NCBI GenBank assembly: GCA_964634935.1
Contig: CAZWJT010000002.1
Location: forward strand, 74,643-138,642
Length of the DNA: 64,000 nt
Direction: 5' to 3'
From: an uncultured Planctomycetia bacterium
GTDB lineage: Bacteria; Omnitrophota; Gorgyraeia; Duberdicusellales; Duberdicusellaceae
Shown here one piece after another: positions 24,239 through 36,900 of this stretch. Both the position numbers and the translations under genes were made by a program. Position 1 is the stretch's first letter; each line of letters starts with the position of its first letter. The notes under the pieces are model-generated. The model saw nothing but the letters and a program-made list of their open reading frames with translations, had not been told where the DNA came from and ran no database searches.

Positions 24239-25706
24239 AGTCATACCCGGTTTTATCAGCTGGTCAATTATTGGATTTTTCTTGCTTTTATTCTTTTTCC
24301 AACCATTTATTCTATCAATAGTCATCATTATTTTTCTTCTTTATTGGGTTTGCCGACTTTTTTATATGAGCGCCTTACTGCTTATGGCTCATCACCGAAT
24401 CATCTCAAGAAAAAACCTACCCTGGCTAACGATGGCTATGGACGTTGAGAGTTCTGTACCGTTCGATCAAATTAATCATGTAATTTTATATACAGTGTAT
24501 AAGGAACCGCGGGAAGTTCTCGAAGGGAGTTTAACTGCGTTAAATAATGTTTTTTATCCTCATGACAAGATGATTGTTATTCTTGCCGGAGAAGAGAGGG
24601 CCGAAAAAAGTCTTTCTGTTCTTGAGGAGCTGAAACGCAGATTTCAGGGAAAATTCCAAGATTTTCTTGTGACTGTTCATCCAAAGGGAGTTCTAGGAGA
24701 AATCCAGGCTAAGGGGGCAAACGCAACCTATGCTGCGAAAAAAGTAAAAGAGTACTTATTGACAAACGGGCACCGCTTGGAAACGACAGTGATTTCTTGT
24801 TTCGATGCAGACACCTGTCCTGATGTTAATTATTTTTCCTGTTTGACTTATCACTTTCGAAAAGACCCCAAGCGACACCGAAAGAGCTTTCAGCCTTTTC
24901 CGGTTTACAGCAACAATATCTATCGAGCGCCGGCCTTTGCTCGGGTTATGGAGATGGGGTCGACTTTTTGGCAGCTGATTGAAAGCATGCGGCATGAAAA
25001 ATTTATTACATTTTCTTCACACAGCATGAGCTTCAAGACGTTAGTCGAAGTCGACTACTGGCCGGTTAATCTTGTCTCCGACGATTCGCTTATCTATTGG
25101 AAATGCTTCTTACGCTATCATGGTGACTATTCTACTTATCCACTCGATGTTCCAGTTTACATGGATATCGCCGTAGGGAAGAATTGGTTTGAAACAATGC
25201 AGGTCCAATATAAACAGAAACGCCGGTGGGCTTGGGGTGTTGAAAATTTTGTTTTTGTTGGTCAGCGTTTTCTCCGAGATAAGCACATCCCGGTTGTTCT
25301 GAAAATACGGAAGCTCTTGCAGATACTCGATAGTCATATCAACTGGGCTACATGGTCAATACTCGTAAGTTTCATAACCCCGCTTACTCTTTTCTGGGGT
25401 AAGACTGCCCTCGCTGATTCACTGATTTTCTTTAACCTGGCATATATTAACAGCATCATTTTTAATTTTCTGACTTTTGTGCTTGTGCTTTCGATTATGA
25501 TCAGCAATGAATTTCTGCCTCCGCGGCCGAAGGAGATATCGCGCGCAATTTATTGTGTTTTTCTTCTACAGTGGCTGCTTGTTCCTTTTGTCTCAGCGAT
25601 CCTTGGATCTTTTCCGGCTTTAGATGCGCAAACACGCCTCATGTTCCACAAAAACTTGACTTTTTATCCTACTCCGAAACAGCGCCCAGGGATACGAGCT
25701 AAATAA
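24222..25706 (+). CDS. Family 2 glycosyltransferase, processive polysaccharide synthase-like (DAD and QKRRW motifs), multi-TM
   Basis: TVYKEPREVL, CFDADTCPD (DxD) and QKRRWAWG (QxxRW), with N- and C-terminal TM bundles. Confidence 0.8.
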   Translation: MQRIFEVIPGFISWSIIGFFLLLFFFQPFILSIVIIIFLLYWVCRLFYMSALLLMAHHRIISRKNLPWLTMAMDVESSVPFDQINHVILYTVYKEPREVLEGSLTALNNVFYPHDKMIVILAGEERAEKSLSVLEELKRRFQGKFQDFLVTVHPKGVLGEIQAKGANATYAAKKVKEYLLTNGHRLETTVISCFDADTCPDVNYFSCLTYHFRKDPKRHRKSFQPFPVYSNNIYRAPAFARVMEMGSTFWQLIESMRHEKFITFSSHSMSFKTLVEVDYWPVNLVSDDSLIYWKCFLRYHGDYSTYPLDVPVYMDIAVGKNWFETMQVQYKQKRRWAWGVENFVFVGQRFLRDKHIPVVLKIRKLLQILDSHINWATWSILVSFITPLTLFWGKTALADSLIFFNLAYINSIIFNFLTFVLVLSIMISNEFLPPRPKEISRAIYCVFLLQWLLVPFVSAILGSFPALDAQTRLMFHKNLTFYPTPKQRPGIRAK

Positions 25707-26016
25707 ATTCATGCTTTTTTCTCGATCAGGGATATACTTTTAGTAAAAATATGTTATAATCCCAGTATGCTTGTTGCGCTCGATGTTCGTGGTGTAGTTA
25801 CCTCGTAAGTTCATGGTTACGGTCAAGTACCCAAATTGGTTCCGCTTAGCAAAAAATTTATCCGATCAATATTGCCGGCAAAATCATGCCGGATTCTTAA
25901 AAAATATTTTGGCTGTGACGAAGCGAATGCCTCTGCAGGGGCAGGATTACGCGCGGTTTATGGAGCGTTCAGCATAATTTTCTGCGTACGGTAATATTCT
26001 AGAAGAGGAGGATTTT

Positions 26017-26543
26017 GTGGGAGCAGGATCAATTTCAAAATCGGTAATCGATAGAATAGTCTCTGCGCATGAAAAAAAACCAGGGAATGTGCTTTCAATT
26101 CTCGAAGAAATTCAGCGGCATAACCCTCAGCAGTATCTTCCACGAGAGACCTTATCATATGTCAGCGAGCGGATACGGATGCCTCTCGCGCGTCTCTATA
26201 GTATCGCGACATTCTATGCTTTTTTTAACCTAAAACCACAGGGAAAGCATACGATTGTTGTTTGCCGTGGAACCGCCTGCCACACCCGCCGCTCGAAGCA
26301 GATCCTCGATTTTTTGATTGATACTTTCAATCTTGATAGCAATGAAGTGAAAGACGGGGAGAAGTTTTTTCTTACTACACAAGACAACCAATTTACGGTT
26401 CGCACAGTCGCATGTTTCGGGCAGTGTGCTCTTGCTCCAGTTGTGGAGATCGATGGGGTTATTTACAGTAATATGACCGTTGAAAAATTGAAGCGAGTTC
26501 TGCGTGCGATGCGGAAGGCAAAAAAAATAATCGAGAGGAAACA

Positions 26544-26547
<4 letters not shown>
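26017..26547 (+). CDS. hydC: NuoE-like [2Fe-2S] thioredoxin-fold subunit (HydC-type) of multimeric [FeFe]-hydrogenase
   Basis: CRGTACHTRRS...VACFGQCALAPV (CxxxxC...CxxxC). GTG start after GAGGAGG. Confidence 0.8.
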
Positions 26548-29690
<3,143 letters not shown>

Positions 29691-29691
29691 G

Positions 29692-31476
29692 ATGGGAGAG
29701 GCTATGGAAAACAAGAAAATAGCGCTCAGTATCGATTCCGTTAGGTTTGAATTTAATGCGCCCATGACGATTCTCAGCGCATGCCTTCAAGTGCATATTA
29801 CTATCCCGACATTGTGCTTTCTGGATTCGATCAATGAAGAAGCCGCATGTTCGCTCTGTCTTGTTGAAGTAAAGGGAGCAAAGACACTTGTTCGCGCATG
29901 TGTTACTCAAATCATAGATGGGATGGAGATTTATACAAATACTGAACGCGTGCGTCGGGCAAGAAGGCTAAACCTTGAATTGCTTCTTGCGGGGCATCCC
30001 AAGGATTGTTTTACGTGTGAGCGGAATCAAATGTGTGAACTCCGTCGCTTAGCCCATGATTTAGGTATCCGGGAAATTCGATTTCCAAAGATTCCACCCC
30101 GCAGTTTGCCTATCGACAAGAGTTCAGTTTCGATTATCCGCGATCCGAACAAATGTATACTCTGCGGACGATGTGTTTCAGTTTGTTCGCGAGTCCAGTC
30201 TGTTCATGCGATTGAGATGATTTCCAGAGGTAAAAATACAAAAGTTGGTTCTTTCGCTGACAGCGTTCTGGGAGATACGTATTGCGTCAACTGTGGCCAA
30301 TGTGTTTTAGTGTGCCCTACGGGGGCGCTTACCGAACAGAGCGCGATTAATGAAGTTTGGGGGGTGCTTTCAAACCCACATAAATTTGTTGTTGTTGAAA
30401 CTGCTCCAGCGGTCCGCGCCGCGATTGGAGAAGAGTTTGGATTACCCCCAGGGACGCTTGTTACCGGAAAAATGGCTGCGGCTCTCCGCAAGCTTGGTTT
30501 CACGAAAGTATTTGATACTCAGTTTTCCGCTGACCTGACAATTATGGAGGAAGGGTATGAGCTTATTTCTCGGATTCAAAAGAAGGGAGTTTTACCTTTA
30601 ATTACTTCATGTTCTCCTGGATGGATCAAATTCGCAGAGCATTTTTTCCCCAAGGTTCTCGACCACATATCTACTTGTAAATCCCCTCAGCAAATGTTTG
30701 GAGCGGTTGCAAAAACATATTATGCGAAACGCCTGAATAAAGACCCTCGAGATATCGTTGTTGTTTCGATCATGCCGTGTGTCGCAAAAAAATTTGAAGC
30801 CAAGCGGCCGGAGATGAACAGCGCGTTCCGCTACTGGAAAGAAAAGCTTAATTTAAAAGAAAGTGAAATGTTTCCGGATGTTGATTATGTGCTGACTACG
30901 CGTGAAGCTGCCGCGATGATTAAGGAGGCAGGGATTATTTTTTCTGAACTTTCCGATGAATGTTTTGACGAGCCTTTGGGAATTTCGACTGGTGCTGCAG
31001 TTATTTTTGGAGCAAGCGGCGGTGTTATGGAGGCTGCCTTGCGCACCGCCTATGAGGTTCTTTCGGGTGAAACTTTAGAGCGACTGGATTTTGTCGACTT
31101 ACGGGGAATACAGGGCGTGAAAACAGCAGAAATCGAGATTAAAGGAATGAAAATAAAAGTTGCTGTGGCAAACAGTTTAAGTAATGCCCGTATTCTTTTA
31201 GAAGAAATTCAGTCCGGGAAATCCCCTTATACTTTTATTGAAATCATGACCTGTCCCGGTGGTTGCTTAGGAGGAGGCGGACAACCGTTTCCAACCAATA
31301 CCCAGACACGACTGAAACGGTGTGAGGCGATTTATCGCGAGGATAAAGCTAAATCGATTCGCAAGTCACACGAAAATCCCGCAGTTTCAGCGCTCTATGC
31401 AGATTTTTTAGGTAAGCCGCTCGGTGGTCTTTCGCATCAGTTACTTCATACGAAATACTCAAAGCGTACCTTTTAA
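29692..31476 (+). CDS. hydA: [FeFe]-hydrogenase catalytic subunit (M3-type: 2Fe-2S + His-ligated 4Fe-4S + 2x4Fe-4S + H-cluster domain)
   Basis: H-cluster motifs: TSCSPGW (the L1 variant of TSCCPxW), MPCVAKKFE (L2) and EIMTCPGGCLGGGGQP (L3). N-terminal ferredoxin-like domains as in CpI/HydA of trimeric enzymes. Confidence 0.9.
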   Translation: MGEAMENKKIALSIDSVRFEFNAPMTILSACLQVHITIPTLCFLDSINEEAACSLCLVEVKGAKTLVRACVTQIIDGMEIYTNTERVRRARRLNLELLLAGHPKDCFTCERNQMCELRRLAHDLGIREIRFPKIPPRSLPIDKSSVSIIRDPNKCILCGRCVSVCSRVQSVHAIEMISRGKNTKVGSFADSVLGDTYCVNCGQCVLVCPTGALTEQSAINEVWGVLSNPHKFVVVETAPAVRAAIGEEFGLPPGTLVTGKMAAALRKLGFTKVFDTQFSADLTIMEEGYELISRIQKKGVLPLITSCSPGWIKFAEHFFPKVLDHISTCKSPQQMFGAVAKTYYAKRLNKDPRDIVVVSIMPCVAKKFEAKRPEMNSAFRYWKEKLNLKESEMFPDVDYVLTTREAAAMIKEAGIIFSELSDECFDEPLGISTGAAVIFGASGGVMEAALRTAYEVLSGETLERLDFVDLRGIQGVKTAEIEIKGMKIKVAVANSLSNARILLEEIQSGKSPYTFIEIMTCPGGCLGGGGQPFPTNTQTRLKRCEAIYREDKAKSIRKSHENPAVSALYADFLGKPLGGLSHQLLHTKYSKRTF

Positions 31477-31481
31477 CTTCC

Positions 31482-32855
31482 GTGGAATACCGTATCGAGA
31501 AAGATGTTCTTGGAGAGAAGAAGATCCAGCGCGATGCATATTGGGGAATTCATACTGCGCGGGCGTTGGAAAATTTTCCTCCGAGCGGGCGTTTGGTTCC
31601 CAGTGAACTTATAAATGCCCTGGCGATAGTAAAAAAAACGGCTATTCAGGTAAATGAGGAATTAGGGTTTATTGACCATACAAAATCGCAAGCAATGACT
31701 GAAGCTTGTGATGTAATTATCCAAGGCAAGCTGAGCGATCAGTTTCCTCTTGATGCTTTGCAAGGCGGAGCAGGGACTTCTACAAATATGAACATGAATG
31801 AAGTTATCGCAAATCTCGCACTTGAAATCATTGGCAAGGAAAAAGGAGATTACGATACTATCCATCCGCTTGAAGATGTGAATCTTCATCAATCAACCAA
31901 CGATGTCTATCCCACGGCTTTAAAAATTGCAGCAATCTTTTCGCTCCGGGCCTTGAGTGAGCAAATCGCTTCTGTGCAAGGTTTTTTTCAACAAAAAGAA
32001 AAAGAGTTCGCAGGGGTCACGAAGATCGGAAGAACCGAACTGCAAGAAGCAGTCCCCATTACCTTAGGAGCGGAATTTTCTGGTTTTGCGGAAGCAATGG
32101 CTCGTGATCGTTGGCGCGTGTACAAGTGCGAAGAGCGGCTTCGAGTGGTCAATCTTGGTGGTAGTGCAATAGGAACGGGGCTTGCTTGTCCAAAGAACTA
32201 TATTTTTTCCATTGTCGAAAAGTTACGAGAGAATACGAAAATTGGCCTAACGCGGGCGGAAAATCTGGTAGCCGAAACTGCCCATTCCGATTGCTTTGTA
32301 GAGGTTTCTGGAATTTTGAGTGCGCACGCGGTTAACCTCATAAAGATATGCAATGATTTGCGAATGATGAATTTACTCGGTGAGATAATTCTTCCTGCGA
32401 GTCAAGCCGGATCTTCAATGATGCCCGGGAAAATCAATCCTGTGATTTGTGAATCAGCTATCCAAAGGTCGTTCAAGGTTCTTGCAAACAACTTTCTTAT
32501 CAACGAGTGCGCAAGCCGAGCAACATTTCAAATCAACGAGTTTTTACCTCTTTTGGGATGTTCGTTTTTAGAATCAATTCGCATGCTTTCTGATTCGAAT
32601 TCGATGCTCAAGGATTTTTTGCCGAATATTTTTGCAAATCCGGAACAATGTAGAGAGTATCTCAGTAAAAGTCCAACAGTCATTACGGCATTTATGCCAA
32701 TTATTGGTTATCAGCGTGCTCAATCGTTGTTGGAAGAATTCCATAAAAACGGAAAGGGTGAGTTCAGAGATTTTCTCGTTGAAAAGCTGGGTCAAGAACT
32801 TGTCGACCAGGCTCTTTCTCCGGATAACCTCACTCGCTTGGGATATCCTCAGTGA
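31482..32855 (+). CDS. Aspartate ammonia-lyase / class II fumarase family protein
   Basis: N-terminus YRIEKDVLGEKKIQRDAYWGIHTARALENF and SS-loop GSSMMPGKINP. GTG start. Confidence 0.8.
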   Translation: MEYRIEKDVLGEKKIQRDAYWGIHTARALENFPPSGRLVPSELINALAIVKKTAIQVNEELGFIDHTKSQAMTEACDVIIQGKLSDQFPLDALQGGAGTSTNMNMNEVIANLALEIIGKEKGDYDTIHPLEDVNLHQSTNDVYPTALKIAAIFSLRALSEQIASVQGFFQQKEKEFAGVTKIGRTELQEAVPITLGAEFSGFAEAMARDRWRVYKCEERLRVVNLGGSAIGTGLACPKNYIFSIVEKLRENTKIGLTRAENLVAETAHSDCFVEVSGILSAHAVNLIKICNDLRMMNLLGEIILPASQAGSSMMPGKINPVICESAIQRSFKVLANNFLINECASRATFQINEFLPLLGCSFLESIRMLSDSNSMLKDFLPNIFANPEQCREYLSKSPTVITAFMPIIGYQRAQSLLEEFHKNGKGEFRDFLVEKLGQELVDQALSPDNLTRLGYPQ

Positions 32856-32874
32856 AACGACAGACTTACTACCA

Positions 32875-34116
32875 ATGAAAAAAACTCCAAAGGCGTTACG
32901 TCTCCACTTGGGAATTTTTGGCAGGACAAATGTTGGTAAGTCAAGCTTACTCAACTTTATTTCCGGACAGGATGTCGCTATTATTTCAGAATTACCGGGA
33001 ACCACTACGGATGTTGTCGAGAAAACGATGGAGCTTCTCCCGATCGGCCCAGTAATTTTTTTAGATACTGCAGGGCTTGATGATGTTTCTGCTTTAGCGC
33101 CTTTGCGGATAGCGCGTACAAAAAAAATATTTGACCGAACAGATATTGTTCTTTTAGTCATCGAACCAAATCTGTGGGGTGATTACGAAGAGGAAGTGAT
33201 CCGAGAAGCCGCTGCGCGTAAGATTGCGGTTGTCGGTATTGTGAATAAAACGGATCTTGCGATGCCGACGCAAGATTTTTTAACTCTTCTTTCGGAAAAA
33301 TGTTCGGATTTTTTCCTTTGTTCGAGCGTTATCCAGGATCAGCGCGAAGCGCTGCTTTTGAGATTTAAGCAGAGCATTATGAAGGTGTGTCCTGCAGAAT
33401 TTCTCATGCCAAGCTCGTTGCTTGGCGATTTGTTGAGTCCGGGTGCTTCCGCGATCTTTATAGTTCCAATTGATTTGCAGGCTCCCCGTGGCAGGCTGAT
33501 TTTACCTCAAGTTCAAGCTATACGCGATGTCCTTGATAACGATGCATCGGTATTAGTCGTCAAGGAGCGAGAGTACGCGCATGCGCTCAATTCGCTCCGG
33601 ATTCCCCCTGAACTTGTCGTGTGTGATTCTCAGGTTGTTTTGAAAATGGTTGCGGATACGCCTTCGAATATTCCTTGTACGACTTTTTCGATACTTTTCT
33701 CCCGTCTCAAAGGAGACCTTATCCAGGCAGTCGAGGGGTTACGCGCATTTTCAGATTTAAAAAGGGATGACAAAATTCTTATTGCAGAAGCCTGCAGTCA
33801 TCATCCAATAGAAGATGATATTGGGCGCGTCAAAATTCCGCGCTGGATCCGGCAATTTCTCGGTTTTAACATCACTATTGATATTGCAAACGGGTATGAT
33901 TGGCCGGAGAATCTTGCCGATTATAAGCTTATTATTCATTGTGGCGCGTGTATGCTGACCCGTAAGCAAATGTGTAACCGACTTACAGTGGCAAGAACGC
34001 ACGAGGTTTTTCTGACAAACTACGGGTTGTCAATCGCCTATCTTCAAGGGGTTTTGGAACGAGTGCTTTCTCCATTTCCCCGGGCACTTTCTGTTTGTAA
34101 GACTTTTATGCCTTAA
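32875..34116 (+). CDS. hydF: [FeFe]-hydrogenase maturation GTPase HydF
   Basis: GRTNVGKSSLLN P-loop and DTAGLDD, with C-terminal CSHH...HCGACM cluster-binding motifs. Start moved to the ATG at 32875 (ORF track 32632). Confidence 0.8.
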   Translation: MKKTPKALRLHLGIFGRTNVGKSSLLNFISGQDVAIISELPGTTTDVVEKTMELLPIGPVIFLDTAGLDDVSALAPLRIARTKKIFDRTDIVLLVIEPNLWGDYEEEVIREAAARKIAVVGIVNKTDLAMPTQDFLTLLSEKCSDFFLCSSVIQDQREALLLRFKQSIMKVCPAEFLMPSSLLGDLLSPGASAIFIVPIDLQAPRGRLILPQVQAIRDVLDNDASVLVVKEREYAHALNSLRIPPELVVCDSQVVLKMVADTPSNIPCTTFSILFSRLKGDLIQAVEGLRAFSDLKRDDKILIAEACSHHPIEDDIGRVKIPRWIRQFLGFNITIDIANGYDWPENLADYKLIIHCGACMLTRKQMCNRLTVARTHEVFLTNYGLSIAYLQGVLERVLSPFPRALSVCKTFMP

Positions 34117-34120
34117 GGAT

Positions 34121-35128
34121 TTGTCAGTATCTATCTATCGGATGAAGAAGCACAGACAGCAAGAAAACGGTTTCTCTTTTTCTCCTCGCCATGTACTACT
34201 GCAGATCACGCAACGATGTAATTTGCGCTGCGTACATTGCGGAGATTCGTATCATAAAAAAGAACTTTCCTTCCAGGATGCGCTGCGTTTTCTTGATCGT
34301 TGCAAAATTCTCGGAATTCAATATGTTGGTTTTACTGGTGGCGAACCTTTCTGTGCTCATCGGCTTCTTGTTCGTCTTATTCGTGCCTGTCAGAAAAAAG
34401 GATTTCTTTTCGACCGCATTACAACAAACGGGGTTTGGTATAACTCCAAGAAAGAACTCTTGCGGGTTCTTGCAGGGGTGCAAAAGGCTGGCTACGACGG
34501 ATCTTTTTTTGTAAGCGTAGACGCATTTCATGGCGCGCGTATTCAAAAAATTTCTTATTTTATTCAAACGGCTGTTTCTCTGTGGCAGCGTCCGAATATA
34601 GCCAGTTGTCTCTATCTGCGCGGCTTGCGTGATCGAGAAACATACGCAATCATTCGGGCGCTTCAAAAATATCTGCGCGCCGAATTGTCGACACGATCCA
34701 AGGGTATTTTTTTCTTACGAAACAAGGACATATTCTTGAAATTCGTTCCTGTTGATTTTTCTGCGGCAGGCACAGCAGTGCTGAAGAATCCTTGGGATGG
34801 AAAATGGTTTCGTGAAGATTATTGCCGCGGCCCCGGAAATGTTTTCTATGTTCTTGCTGACGGGAGAGTAAAGCCATGTTGCGGGTACGCTTCGGACTGT
34901 GATCAGCTTACCTTAGGGAATCTTCGCCAACATACGCCACGGCAGATGGTTCAAAATGCAAATCGAAACGATTTTGTCCGCTCAGTTTTTGAAAAGGGTC
35001 TTTCCTGGTTGAGGCGTCATGCGGCTTCGGATTATGTATTTCCTGGGAAAACATCTGATCATTGTTTTTTTTGCCGTTATTTTCTTACTGAGGTTTTTGG
35101 AAACAGCATGCGGAATGAATTCCACTAA
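34121..35128 (+). CDS. Radical SAM protein with C-terminal auxiliary Cys cluster (SPASM/twitch-like); not HydE/HydG-like
   Basis: CNLRCVHCG (CxxxCxxC), GFTGGEPF and a C-terminal KPCCGYASDCDQ...CFFC. Confidence 0.7.
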   Translation: MSVSIYRMKKHRQQENGFSFSPRHVLLQITQRCNLRCVHCGDSYHKKELSFQDALRFLDRCKILGIQYVGFTGGEPFCAHRLLVRLIRACQKKGFLFDRITTNGVWYNSKKELLRVLAGVQKAGYDGSFFVSVDAFHGARIQKISYFIQTAVSLWQRPNIASCLYLRGLRDRETYAIIRALQKYLRAELSTRSKGIFFLRNKDIFLKFVPVDFSAAGTAVLKNPWDGKWFREDYCRGPGNVFYVLADGRVKPCCGYASDCDQLTLGNLRQHTPRQMVQNANRNDFVRSVFEKGLSWLRRHAASDYVFPGKTSDHCFFCRYFLTEVFGNSMRNEFH

Positions 35129-35175
35129 AGAGTTTTTTGGTCTTTTTTAATAGGTTTTTAAAACGATGGGGGGTT

Positions 35176-35454
35176 ATGATGAAGTTTGTGCAGATTGAGC
35201 GACCGACTCAAGAAGAGCTTGATAAGCTTGGAGTTTTTTCCTGGCCAATTTGGAAGAAAGAAGTTTCACGTTTTCAGTGGGAGTATGACCAAAAAGAGAT
35301 ATGCTATTTTTTGGAAGGCGAAGTATGCCTTGAGAATGCACAAGGGGAGAAGGCGAAATTCGGAAAAGGCGATCTTGTTATTTTCTCCAAGGGGCTTTGC
35401 TGTGTTTGGAATGTGTTGAGCCCCGTGCGGAAACACTACCGGTTTGGCGACTAG
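35176..35454 (+). CDS. Cupin domain small protein (cupin_3/DUF861-like)
   Basis: About 92 aa with a beta-barrel pattern YFLEGEVCLE...GDLVIFSKG. Start uncertain (35137 or 35176). Confidence 0.45.
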   Translation: MMKFVQIERPTQEELDKLGVFSWPIWKKEVSRFQWEYDQKEICYFLEGEVCLENAQGEKAKFGKGDLVIFSKGLCCVWNVLSPVRKHYRFGD

Positions 35455-36013
35455 AGAAAGTATGTATCGTGAGTTAGAAAAAAAATATTTTTTCCGTCTT
35501 GTGAACCACGGTCCTGTGGTTCTGGTAACCTCTTCGTTCAGGGAGAGCGTGGATGTTACTCCAATTGCCTGGTGCATGCCTCTTTCGGATGAGCCAGCAT
35601 TGGTCGCTCTCTCGATCTGGCCGGAACATTTTATTTTTTACTGCATCCGTAAGAGCCGAGAATTCGTTCTCAATATTCCTCACAGCTTTATGCGTGCTGC
35701 CGTTGTTGGCTGCGGAGCAACTTCAGGACGAACCGTCAATAAATTTCGCCGGTATCATCTTTCCAAAGAGCCATCTCGTTGCGTCGGGGCGCCTCGGGTC
35801 TGCGGTTGTCTTGGATACATTGAATGTCGCTTAGCGGCGAAGAGAAATTATTCCTCCCGCTATCCTATGTTAGTTATTGCACGAGTTGTTTATGTCGAAG
35901 TGGAGGACAATTTTTTTCATACGCACTGGATTTTTTCTTCGAAAAAAGCCAAGACGTTGCATCATCTTGGAGGTAATGTTTTTTCAGTTCCGAGCGGAAG
36001 ATTGCTGCGATGA
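35444..36013 (+). CDS. Flavin reductase-like FMN-binding domain protein
   Basis: NHGPVVLVTS...DVTPIAWCMPLSDEPALVALSI is the typical flavin reductase-like split-barrel motif. Confidence 0.65.
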   Translation: MATRESMYRELEKKYFFRLVNHGPVVLVTSSFRESVDVTPIAWCMPLSDEPALVALSIWPEHFIFYCIRKSREFVLNIPHSFMRAAVVGCGATSGRTVNKFRRYHLSKEPSRCVGAPRVCGCLGYIECRLAAKRNYSSRYPMLVIARVVYVEVEDNFFHTHWIFSSKKAKTLHHLGGNVFSVPSGRLLR

Positions 36014-36855
36014 AAGTACGGGTTTTCTTCATGCGATTTTTCCTTGTTTTTTTCTGCTGCAGCAGTCTCGTTGTTCTTTTCTTAAAATACCTTGAATATA
36101 CCAGTATTTTTTCTCCGGGGCATAAGCTGGGCGCTACCCCTGAAAGCATCGGGATTTTTTTCGATGAAGTGTGGCTTCTTACGGAAGATGGCTTGCGCAT
36201 ACATGGTTGGTTCATTGATTCCAATTCCCGGGGACACACTCTTCTTTTTTGCCATGGGAATGCCGGAACAATCAGCAGCCGTTTGGATAAAATCAAATTG
36301 TTCCATCAGCTGGGGCTCAGCGTATTTATCTTTGATTATCGAGGATATGGTTTAAGTAAAGGTTTGCCGAGTGAGAATGGGTTATATTGCGATGCTGAGG
36401 CAGCATACCGCTATCTGATCGAAACCAGGGGAATACCGCCTTTGGAAATTATTGTATACGGTGAGTCTCTCGGAGGCGCTGTCGCGATCGAACTTGCGAT
36501 GCGCAAGAAGTTCCAAGCCGCGATTATCGACAGTACTTTTACCTCAATCGTTGATATGGGGAATATTTTATACCCGGGGCTGCCAAAATTTTTCATCAAC
36601 AATCATTTTGATTCTATTGCGAAGGTATCTTTTCTCAAGCTCCCTAAGCTTTTTATCCATAGTGCATCAGATGATTTGATCCCTTTGAGTCATGCTGAAA
36701 AACTTTTTTCCTATGCCGCATATCCTAAGGAGTTGCTTGTCATATCTGGCGGCCACAATGAAGCATTTTTGATAAGTCTTTCGAATTATAAAAAAGCACT
36801 GAGACGATTTCTGGGACAACTGAAAAAGCCGTTTTTCTCTCCAAATTCTCTTTAA
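36010..36855 (+). CDS. Alpha/beta hydrolase fold protein (membrane-anchored, Bem46/ABHD-like)
   Basis: LLFCHGNAGT and GESLGGAVA (GxSxG nucleophile elbow), with an N-terminal TM. Confidence 0.7.
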   Translation: MKVRVFFMRFFLVFFCCSSLVVLFLKYLEYTSIFSPGHKLGATPESIGIFFDEVWLLTEDGLRIHGWFIDSNSRGHTLLFCHGNAGTISSRLDKIKLFHQLGLSVFIFDYRGYGLSKGLPSENGLYCDAEAAYRYLIETRGIPPLEIIVYGESLGGAVAIELAMRKKFQAAIIDSTFTSIVDMGNILYPGLPKFFINNHFDSIAKVSFLKLPKLFIHSASDDLIPLSHAEKLFSYAAYPKELLVISGGHNEAFLISLSNYKKALRRFLGQLKKPFFSPNSL

Positions 36856-36900
36856 TATTCGTTAGTTTTCGATATAATACAGAGTACCATCATTACGGCT

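Noticed and set aside
25740-25860. Possible tRNA or structured RNA (ggtgtagttacctcg...ggttccgc)
   Set aside because: No acceptor-stem complementarity, no GTTCRANYC T-loop, and no anticodon arm could be folded by eye. Treated as ordinary intergenic sequence.
34121-35128. Radical SAM gene after hydF as HydE
   Set aside because: Motif CNLRCVHCG, GGEPF and a C-terminal SPASM-like Cys cluster fit PqqE/SPASM-type enzymes. They do not fit the BioB-like HydE (CxxxCxYC, no SPASM) or the ThiH-like HydG.
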